From Dickeya solani IPO 2222 (GTDB lineage: Bacteria; Pseudomonadota; Gammaproteobacteria; Enterobacterales; Enterobacteriaceae), in NCBI RefSeq assembly GCF_001644705.1, contig NZ_CP015137.1, positions 1,860,001 to 1,892,000 of the forward strand: a DNA stretch of 32,000 bases, read 5' to 3'. Positions 25,043 through 32,000 of the stretch are shown piece by piece (within the stretch, counting starts at the first letter, position 1; each line of letters begins with the position of its first letter). The notes below the pieces were generated by a model that saw only the letters and a list, made by a program, of their open reading frames with translations, ran no database searches and was not told the DNA's origin. The position numbers and the translations under genes were made by a program.

Positions 25043-25975
25043 GTGGCACAACGAGACTATGTCAGCCGGGGGCGTTCTGGAACGCGCCGGAAAAAAACAT
25101 CAAGCCGAAAACGAGCAGGGTCCTCGGGCGCATCCAAAACGATGATAGCGCTGGCCGTTGCCGTGCTAGTCACGTTTGCCGGCGGACTCTATTTTATCGC
25201 CCACAATAAGCCGGACGAATCGCCGGTCCTGCCGCATCAGGGGACCAAAGGCAACGGGCTGCCGCCCAAGCCGGAAGAACGCTGGCGTTATATCAAGGAA
25301 CTGGAAAACCGGCAGATTGGCGTCGCGTCGCCGACCGAACCCTCGGCGGGCGGAGAAATCCAGTCGACGGGCCAGCTTACCAACGAACAACGGCAACTAC
25401 TGGAGCAGATGCAGTCGGACATGAAACGCCAGCCAACCACGCTGACGGAAGTGCCCTACAACGATCAAAGCCAGATGCCGGCCCGTACCTCGTCGGCGCC
25501 CAGGCCGCAGACGGTCGTGCCGATCGTGCCCAACACCAGTACAGTGACGCCACCGCCGGCACCGCGTACCACGACCACCGTTCCGGCGGCCAGCCAGCAT
25601 CATACGACGCAGGCGGTGACGCCACCTGCGCAGACGGCGCAGAAACCGGTGCAGGCAGAGCCCCGCAAAGAGGCAGCCAAAACGGAAACGGCAACCAAAG
25701 ACATCGCCAAAACCGACAGTAAGACGGAGAACGCCAAACCAGAGAAAGAGCAACGCTGGATGGTGCAGTGCGGTTCGTTCAAGACGTCGGAGCCTGCCGA
25801 GTCGGTAAGGGCAGAGCTGGCGTTTGCCGGCGTCGAAAGCCGTATCGCCAGCAGCGGCGGCTGGCATCGGATTATGCTCGGGCCGTACAACAGCCGTACC
25901 GTGGCCGATAAAATGGCACAAAAACTCAAAGGCATGGGGCAATCCAACTGCATCCCGTTAGCCAGCGGGGGTTGA
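25043..25975 (+). CDS. ftsN: Cell-division protein FtsN (SPOR domain)
   Basis: A GTG start gives [13 protein letters not shown].., a TM segment [20 protein letters not shown], then [19 protein letters not shown], and a C-terminal SPOR domain [33 protein letters not shown]. It is collinear with E. coli FtsN. Confidence 0.9.
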   Translation: MAQRDYVSRGRSGTRRKKTSSRKRAGSSGASKTMIALAVAVLVTFAGGLYFIAHNKPDESPVLPHQGTKGNGLPPKPEERWRYIKELENRQIGVASPTEPSAGGEIQSTGQLTNEQRQLLEQMQSDMKRQPTTLTEVPYNDQSQMPARTSSAPRPQTVVPIVPNTSTVTPPPAPRTTTTVPAASQHHTTQAVTPPAQTAQKPVQAEPRKEAAKTETATKDIAKTDSKTENAKPEKEQRWMVQCGSFKTSEPAESVRAELAFAGVESRIASSGGWHRIMLGPYNSRTVADKMAQKLKGMGQSNCIPLASGG

Positions 25976-25999
25976 AAACCCCCCGCCCTTCCCCCATGT
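25971..25999 (+). promoter_or_regulatory. Sigma-32 heat-shock promoter of hslVU
   Basis: GTTGAAA (25971-25977), a 14-nt spacer, then CCCCATGT (25992-25999), compared with the consensus CTTGAAA-N13-15-CCCCATNT. hslVU is a known sigma-32 regulon operon in E. coli. The -35 overlaps the ftsN stop codon. Confidence 0.7.
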
Positions 26000-26013
26000 T
26001 TATCGTCAATATG

Positions 26014-26039
26014 CCCCGCGTCCGCGCGGGGGCCTTTTT
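26014..26039 (+). other. GC-rich hairpin plus T5 (ftsN terminator and/or hslVU 5'-UTR stem-loop)
   Basis: CCCCGCG (26014-26020), loop TCCG, CGCGGGG (26025-26031), then GCCTTTTT. It lies between the predicted sigma-32 start and the hslV start codon. Confidence 0.6.
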
Positions 26040-26060
26040 CTCAGTAACGGGGATAAACTC

Positions 26061-26591
26061 GTGACAACAATTGTAAGCGTACGCCGCAACGGTCAGGTCG
26101 TGATTGGCGGAGACGGGCAGGCCACCCTGGGCAATACCGTAATGAAAGGCAACGTGCGCAAAGTACGTCGTCTTTACAACGACCGGGTTATCGCCGGATT
26201 TGCCGGCGGCACCGCTGATGCGTTTACCCTGTTTGAACTGTTCGAACGCAAGCTGGAGCTGCATCAGGGGCATCTGGTGAAGGCCGCCGTGGAACTGGCC
26301 AAAGACTGGCGTACCGATCGCATGCTGCGCCGGCTGGAAGCGTTGCTGGCGGTCGCCGACGAAAACGCGTCGCTGATCATCACCGGCAACGGCGATGTGA
26401 TTCAGCCGGAAAACGATCTGATCGCTATCGGCTCCGGCGGCCCTTATGCGCAGGCTGCCGCACGCGCACTGCTGGAAAATACCGAATTAAGCGCCCGGGA
26501 GATTGTCGAAAAGTCACTGGGTATTGCGGGTGATATCTGCATCTACACCAACCAGTTCCACACGATTGAAGAATTAGCCTCCAAGGCGTAA
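26061..26591 (+). CDS. hslV: ATP-dependent protease subunit HslV (ClpQ)
   Basis: A GTG start gives [31 protein letters not shown].., with Thr2 as the catalytic N-terminal nucleophile. It is near-identical to E. coli HslV (176 aa). Confidence 0.96.
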   Translation: MTTIVSVRRNGQVVIGGDGQATLGNTVMKGNVRKVRRLYNDRVIAGFAGGTADAFTLFELFERKLELHQGHLVKAAVELAKDWRTDRMLRRLEALLAVADENASLIITGNGDVIQPENDLIAIGSGGPYAQAAARALLENTELSAREIVEKSLGIAGDICIYTNQFHTIEELASKA

Positions 26592-26600
26592 GGATCTACT

Positions 26601-27932
26601 ATGTCTGAAATGACCCCGCGCGAAATAGTCAGCGAGCTTGATAGCTATATCATCGGCCAGCACAAAGCGAAGCGCGCCGTGGCGATTGCCTTGCGTAACC
26701 GCTGGCGCCGCATGCAGCTGGAAGAGAGCCTACGCCATGAAGTCACCCCGAAAAACATTCTGATGATCGGCCCGACCGGGGTGGGGAAAACCGAAATCGC
26801 CCGCCGTCTCGCCAAGCTGGCCAACGCCCCGTTCATCAAGGTGGAGGCGACCAAATTTACCGAAGTGGGCTATGTCGGCAAGGAAGTGGACTCGATTATC
26901 CGCGATCTGACCGACGCCGCCATCAAGATGGTGCGCCAGCAGTCGATGGAGAAAAACCGCCACCGCGCCGAAGAACTGGCCGAAGAACGCATTCTGGACG
27001 TGCTGATTCCGCCGGCCAAGAACAACTGGGGTCAGCCGGAAGAGAACCACGAACCGTCTGCCGCCCGTCAGGCGTTTCGCAAGAAACTGCGCGAAGGGTC
27101 GCTCGATGATAAAGAGATCGAAATCGAGCTGGCCGCAGCCCCCGTGGGCGTCGAAATCATGGCCCCTCCGGGCATGGAAGAGATGACCAATCAGTTGCAG
27201 TCAATGTTCCAGAATCTGGCGGGTCAGAAACAGAAAAACCGCAAAATCAAGATTCGCGAAGCCTTCAAGCTGCTGGTGGAGGAAGAAGCCGCCAAACTGG
27301 TCAACCCGGAAGAGCTTAAGCAGCAGGCGATCGAAGCAGTGGAGCAGCACGGCATCGTTTTCATCGATGAAATCGACAAGATCTGCAAACGCGGCGATAC
27401 CTCAGGCCCGGACGTGTCCCGCGAAGGGGTACAGCGCGACCTGTTGCCTCTGGTGGAAGGCTGTACCGTGTCCACCAAACACGGCATGGTGAAAACCGAC
27501 CATATCCTGTTTATCGCCTCCGGCGCGTTTCAGGTCGCCAGCCCGTCGGACCTGATCCCCGAGCTGCAGGGTCGCCTGCCGATTCGCGTGGAATTGCAGG
27601 CGCTGACCACCGAAGACTTCGAACGCATTCTGACCGAACCCAGCGCGTCGCTGACCCGTCAGTATCAGGCGCTGATGGAAACCGAAGGCGTCAGCATCAC
27701 GTTCCAGCCGGACGGCATCCGCCGTATCGCGGAGGCCGCCTGGCAGGTCAACGAGCGCACGGAGAACATCGGCGCCCGTCGTCTGCACACGGTGCTGGAA
27801 CGATTGATCGAAGACGTTTCCTACGGAGCCAGCGAAATGAACGGCCAAACCGTGACGATCGATGCAGATTACGTACGCAGTCACCTTGATGAGTTGGTAG
27901 CAGATGAAGATCTGAGCCGATTTATCTTATAA
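26601..27932 (+). CDS. hslU: ATP-dependent protease ATPase subunit HslU (ClpY)
   Basis: [39 protein letters not shown] (Walker A)..[10 protein letters not shown] (Walker B). It is 443 aa and collinear with E. coli HslU. Confidence 0.97.
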   Translation: MSEMTPREIVSELDSYIIGQHKAKRAVAIALRNRWRRMQLEESLRHEVTPKNILMIGPTGVGKTEIARRLAKLANAPFIKVEATKFTEVGYVGKEVDSIIRDLTDAAIKMVRQQSMEKNRHRAEELAEERILDVLIPPAKNNWGQPEENHEPSAARQAFRKKLREGSLDDKEIEIELAAAPVGVEIMAPPGMEEMTNQLQSMFQNLAGQKQKNRKIKIREAFKLLVEEEAAKLVNPEELKQQAIEAVEQHGIVFIDEIDKICKRGDTSGPDVSREGVQRDLLPLVEGCTVSTKHGMVKTDHILFIASGAFQVASPSDLIPELQGRLPIRVELQALTTEDFERILTEPSASLTRQYQALMETEGVSITFQPDGIRRIAEAAWQVNERTENIGARRLHTVLERLIEDVSYGASEMNGQTVTIDADYVRSHLDELVADEDLSRFIL

Positions 27933-27963
27933 TCCGTGTTCACGGATCGCACTGATGACTGAC

Positions 27964-27997
27964 CAGTGGGAGGCCAATGCCTCCCACTGTTGTTTTT
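27964..27997 (+). terminator. Rho-independent terminator of hslVU
   Basis: CAGTGGGAGGC-CAAT-GCCTCCCACTG (11-bp stem) followed by TTGTTTTT. Confidence 0.88.
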
Positions 27998-28072
27998 ATC
28001 ACCGTCACCAGGCTTTATTTTCCCAGAACTGAACGCGCCACAATCTGGCTGATACCATGGCCCATTAACACC

Positions 28073-28990
28073 ATGACCCAATTGACACATAGCAGCAAAA
28101 CCCAAGCCTGGCTGGACAGCCTGCGTCCCAAGACGCTGCCGCTGGCTTTTGCCTCCATCGTGACCGGCACCGTCATCGCCTGCTGGCACAGCAACTTCAA
28201 ACCCGGCGTAGCGCTGCTGACGCTGATTACCGCCGGCCTGTTGCAAATCCTCTCCAATCTGGCTAACGACTATGGCGATGCCGTGAAAGGCAGCGACAAG
28301 GAAGACCGCATCGGCCCGCTACGCGGTATCCAGACCGGCGCCATCAGCCTGCCGGAGCTGCGCAAGGCTCTGCTGATCATCGTAGCGCTAACGGCGATTT
28401 CCGGCAGCGCGCTGGTGGCGCTGGCCTGCGAAAAGCCGGTGGACATCGTGGTGTTTCTGGCGCTCGGCCTGTTGGCGATTCTGGCCGCCATTACCTATAC
28501 CGTCGGCAATAGACCGTATGGCTATATCGGGCTTGGCGATATCTCGGTGCTGATCTTTTTCGGCTGGCTGAGCGTCGCGGGGTCGTACTACCTGCAAACC
28601 GGCCACTTCGACAGCAGCGTGATTTTGCCTGCGACCGCCTGCGGCCTGCTGGCCGTCGCGGTGCTCAACATCAACAACCTGCGCGATATCGACAGCGATC
28701 GGGAAAACGGCAAGAACACACTGGCGGTGCGACTCGGCGCTCACAAAGCCCGACGCTACCACATGGTGTTGCTGATGACGGCGCCGGTTTGTCTGGCGCT
28801 GTTCGCCATGCTCTACCTGCATACGCTGGCAGGCTGGCTGTTTATTCTGGCGCTGCCGTTGTTGGTGAAGCAGGGGCGCTACGTGATGCGGGAAACCACC
28901 GCGTTTAGCATGCGTCCGATGCTGGAAAAAACCGTGAAGGGCGCGTTGCTCACCAATCTGCTGTTCGCGGTGGGCGTGCTGCTGAGCTAA
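28073..28990 (+). CDS. menA: 1,4-dihydroxy-2-naphthoate octaprenyltransferase
   Basis: MTQLTHSSKTQAWLDSLRPKTLPLAF..LLQILSNLANDYGDAVKGSD..NINNLRDIDSDRENGKNTL aligns with E. coli MenA (UbiA family). The ATG at 28073 was chosen by homology. The track start at 27977 lies inside the hslU terminator. Confidence 0.92.
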   Translation: MTQLTHSSKTQAWLDSLRPKTLPLAFASIVTGTVIACWHSNFKPGVALLTLITAGLLQILSNLANDYGDAVKGSDKEDRIGPLRGIQTGAISLPELRKALLIIVALTAISGSALVALACEKPVDIVVFLALGLLAILAAITYTVGNRPYGYIGLGDISVLIFFGWLSVAGSYYLQTGHFDSSVILPATACGLLAVAVLNINNLRDIDSDRENGKNTLAVRLGAHKARRYHMVLLMTAPVCLALFAMLYLHTLAGWLFILALPLLVKQGRYVMRETTAFSMRPMLEKTVKGALLTNLLFAVGVLLS

Positions 28991-29078
28991 AAGACTGCCC
29001 GCGAGGCTGAGTAACAGTTTGTCCTGGCTGGCAAAATCACTACCGATTACTGATGCGGGTCAAAGCCGCGGTTGATGA

Positions 29079-29633
<555 letters not shown>

Positions 29634-29647
29634 CAGGCTAACACCCA

Positions 29648-29667
29648 AGGGCGTCAACGGACGCCCT
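29648..29667. terminator. Hairpin between the convergent rraA and zapB
   Basis: AGGGCGTC-AACG-GACGCCCT (8-bp stem). The flanking U-runs are poor on both strands, so terminator function is uncertain. Confidence 0.45.
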
Positions 29668-29698
29668 GTGTATAATCCAGTCGGTCTGACTTTGGCGA

Positions 29699-29941
29699 TT
29701 ACTGAACGTCTTCCATTTTACCCAGCAGCGCACGCAGGCGCTCTTGCCATACCAGCTGTTCCTGCTTTAACTGCTCGTTCTCGCGCATCAGCGCATCACG
29801 GTTGCCCGCCATACTCTCCACTTCCTGCGACAACGTATTGTTGTTCTCTTTCAGCTCTTCGATTTCCATCTGCAACAGCGTGATCGTGTCAATCGCCTGC
29901 TGAACTTTCGCTTCCAGCTTCTCAAACACTTCAAATGACAT
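29699..29941 (-). CDS. zapB: Cell-division coiled-coil protein ZapB
   Basis: [41 protein letters not shown].. aligns with E. coli ZapB (about 80 aa). The ATG at 29941 was chosen over the track start at 29971. Confidence 0.9.
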   Translation of the reverse strand: MSFEVFEKLEAKVQQAIDTITLLQMEIEELKENNNTLSQEVESMAGNRDALMRENEQLKQEQLVWQERLRALLGKMEDVQ

Positions 29942-30284
29942 AACTTCTAACCCCTTTTGATCGCACGGCATAAGCCGGTTAACGCAGATGTATCACGAAC
30001 GGGTGTTCCACGGACAGCATCTCGTAAACAGATGCCTCGCAGCCTCCACACCCTGGCGCTCGCGCGCCTGACGTAAACGCCAGCCAAATTGTATGTAGCC
30101 GGATCAAGCGTGTCCAGCACACCGCCGGTAAAACAGCGACTCTGCCTGCTTTTTCGCTCATACGCTATCAGCACAGACTGAAAATCACCCGGATCATTAT
30201 TAAACAACGCTAATGTTAATGCATTTAACACCCCTGTTAACACCCGTCCGCCGGGCAAATGGGCATTTTGTCGCTAATTACGCG

Positions 30285-30365
30285 AATGCGCGCATTTTCT
30301 TGACGCATCACACACATTTTGATTTCGATATTTCTCGTTTTCGAACATTAACGATAAATTCACAT
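30285..30365 (+). promoter_or_regulatory. glpFK control region (CRP site(s), GlpR operators, -10)
   Basis: GCGCATTTTCTTGACGCATCACACACATTTTGATTTCGATATTTCTCGTTTTCGAACATTAACGATAAATTCACA is collinear with my recollection of the E. coli glpFK promoter (..TTTTATGACGAGGCACACACATTTTAAGTTCGATATTTCTCGTTTTTGCTCGTTAACGATAAGTTTACA). It contains the GlpR-type half-sites TTTCGATAT and TTCGAACAT. Confidence 0.6.
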
Positions 30366-30492
30366 CCGGAATACAAAAAGAGTCTGCCCGTAAATCTTCT
30401 CAAGACAGACGGGACAGACCAGCAACGCGCAGGTTATTCCATCGGCCTGCGTCAACCATCCATGCTGTAGCCTATAAGCAGGAACAAGCATT

Positions 30493-31338
30493 ATGAGTCA
30501 ATCTGAACTTTCTACCCTTAAAGGCCAGTGCATCGCCGAGTTTCTCGGTACTGGCCTGTTGATTTTCTTTGGCGTTGGCTGTGTGGCGGCTTTGAAACTG
30601 GCTGGCGCCAGCTTCGGGCAATGGGAAATCAGCATTATCTGGGGGTTGGGCGTCGCCATGGCGATCTACCTGACCGCCGCGATTTCCGGCGCGCACCTCA
30701 ATCCGGCGGTCACCATCGCCCTGTGGCTGTTCGCCTGCTTCGATGGCCGCAAGGTGCTGCCTTATATCGTCTCACAGGTGGCCGGCGCATTCTGCTCGGC
30801 TGCGCTGGTCTATGGCCTCTATCACAACCTGTTCGACAATATCGAGCAGACGCACAACATGGTGCGCGGCAGTGTGGAAAGCCTCGATCTGGCGGGCATC
30901 TTCTCCACCTACCCCAACCCGCACATTTCGGTGCTGCAGGCGTTTCTGGTGGAAATGGTCATCACCGCCATTTTGATGTGCCTGATCCTGGCGTTGACCG
31001 ACGACGGCAACGGCATTCCGCGCGGGCCGCTGGCGCCGCTGTTGATCGGTATTCTGATCGCGGTGATCGGTGCCTCCATGGGGCCATTGACCGGATTTGC
31101 CATGAACCCGGCGCGTGATGCCGGTCCGAAGCTGTTTGCCTATTTCGCCGGCTGGGGCAAGATTGCACTAACCGGCGGGCGCGATATTCCTTATATGCTG
31201 ATACCGATTTTCGGCCCGATTGTCGGTGCCTGTCTGGGCGCGCTCAGCTATCGCACCCTGATTGGCCGCAACTTGCCCTGCGATGTCTGCGCGACAGACG
31301 ACGACACGGCAGCGTCAGCCCAAACCCGTAAGGTCTAA
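30493..31338 (+). CDS. glpF: Glycerol uptake facilitator (aquaglyceroporin)
   Basis: MSQSELSTLKGQCIAEFLGTGLLIFFGVGCVA..two NPA motifs (SGAHLNPAVT, GFAMNPARD). It is 281 aa, like E. coli GlpF. Confidence 0.97.
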   Translation: MSQSELSTLKGQCIAEFLGTGLLIFFGVGCVAALKLAGASFGQWEISIIWGLGVAMAIYLTAAISGAHLNPAVTIALWLFACFDGRKVLPYIVSQVAGAFCSAALVYGLYHNLFDNIEQTHNMVRGSVESLDLAGIFSTYPNPHISVLQAFLVEMVITAILMCLILALTDDGNGIPRGPLAPLLIGILIAVIGASMGPLTGFAMNPARDAGPKLFAYFAGWGKIALTGGRDIPYMLIPIFGPIVGACLGALSYRTLIGRNLPCDVCATDDDTAASAQTRKV

Positions 31339-31365
31339 CCCTACTCCGCTAATAGGATTACGTTT

Positions 31366-32000
31366 ATGAACCAGGAAAAAAAATATATCGTCGCGCTCGA
31401 CCAGGGAACCACCAGCTCACGGGCTGTCGTGCTAGACCATGACGCCAACATCGTCAGCGTATCCCAGCGGGAATTTACCCAGATCTACCCCAAAGCGGGC
31501 TGGGTAGAACACGACCCGATGGAAATCTGGGCCTCGCAAAGCTCCACGCTGGTGGAAGCGCTGGCGAAAGCCGGCATCAGCAGCGACGAAATCGCCGGCA
31601 TCGGCATCACCAACCAGCGTGAAACCGCCGTGGTATGGGAAAAAGAGACCGGCAAACCCATCTACAACGCCATTGTGTGGCAATGCCGCCGCTCTGCCGA
31701 CATCTGCGAAAAGCTGAAAAAAGACGGGCTGGAAGAGTATATCCGCGCCAACACCGGTCTGGTGGTCGACCCGTATTTCTCCGGCACCAAGGTCAAATGG
31801 ATCCTCGACCATGTCGAAGGGTCGCGTGACCGCGCCCGCCGCGGCGAGCTGCTGTTCGGCACTATCGACACCTGGCTTATCTGGAAAATGACTCAGGGCC
31901 GCGTCCACGTCACTGATTACACCAACGCCTCCCGCACCATGCTGTTCAACATCCATTCGCTGGACTGGGACGAACGCATGCTGGAAGTGCTGGACATCCC
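31366..32000 (+). CDS. glpK: Glycerol kinase, N-terminal 211 codons (runs off the window end)
   Basis: My own translation from the ATG at 31366 gives [84 protein letters not shown], near-identical to E. coli GlpK. It is absent from the ORF track because no stop is reached. AGGA lies 9 nt upstream. Confidence 0.95.
   Translation, partial: MNQEKKYIVALDQGTTSSRAVVLDHDANIVSVSQREFTQIYPKAGWVEHDPMEIWASQSSTLVEALAKAGISSDEIAGIGITNQRETAVVWEKETGKPIYNAIVWQCRRSADICEKLKKDGLEEYIRANTGLVVDPYFSGTKVKWILDHVEGSRDRARRGELLFGTIDTWLIWKMTQGRVHVTDYTNASRTMLFNIHSLDWDERMLEVLDI

Noticed and set aside
25460-25760. A low-complexity Pro/Thr/Ala/Gln-rich stretch in the middle of FtsN, with many overlapping alternative-frame ORFs (25377..25694, 25397..25942, 25600..25953).
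   Set aside because: This corresponds to the known unstructured periplasmic linker between the essential helix region and the SPOR domain of FtsN. The overlapping ORFs are composition artefacts.
29947-30470. ORFs in the zapB-glpF spacer: 29947..30258 (-, 103 aa, TTG start), 29979..30161 (-, 60 aa) and 30213..30470 (+, 85 aa).
   Set aside because: They have no SD and carry several rare AGG codons. The plus ORF runs straight through the glpFK CRP/GlpR control region, and the minus ORFs overlap the zapB ribosome-binding region. No motif is recognisable.
30528-31168. Alternative-frame and antisense ORFs inside glpF (30528..31118 +, 30743..30976 +, 30909..31103 -, 30962..31168 -) and inside glpK (31432..31956 -).
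   Set aside because: They are nested in genes with unambiguous homology (NPA motifs in GlpF, the GlpK N-terminus). These are shadow ORFs.

Overview
This window is a conserved core-chromosome segment of an Enterobacterales genome. All protein calls rest on alignment, from memory, to E. coli K-12 orthologues. Gene order matches the E. coli rrnB-to-glpK region read on the opposite strand. The order is: hdfR' (3' fragment, +), then a complete rrn operon on the minus strand (P1, P2, 16S, tRNA-Ile, tRNA-Ala, 23S, 5S, tRNA-Asp, tRNA-Trp, terminator). Next come murI(-) and btuB(-) with a cobalamin riboswitch leader, trmA(+), yijD(-), fabR(-), sthA(+), oxyR(-), a Prx5-Grx hybrid peroxidase(+), metF(-), metL(-), metB(-), metJ(+) and rpmE(-). 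The window ends with priA, cytR, ftsN, hslV, hslU, menA and rraA (all +), zapB(-), glpF(+) and glpK' (5' fragment, +). I see no transposase, integrase, phage, CRISPR, toxin-antitoxin or defence-like content. I cannot honestly point to a convincing undescribed system here. The best second-look items are small-scale. (1) The oxyR-divergent transcript is a Prx5-Grx fusion gene instead of oxyS, with a periodically repeated control region. (2) The sthA/oxyR convergent spacer is built entirely from tandem decayed copies of the last ~16-18 nt of sthA. (3) A 437-bp structured spacer of unknown function lies upstream of a TTG-initiated cytR. (4) An unassigned, visibly AT-richer ~300-bp insert lies between hdfR and the rrn terminator. 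(5) The rrn operon has flanks and a spacer type that are a mosaic of different E. coli rrn loci. Many long ORFs in the supplied track are antisense shadow ORFs, N-terminal over-extensions or ORFs inside rRNA, and were rejected.
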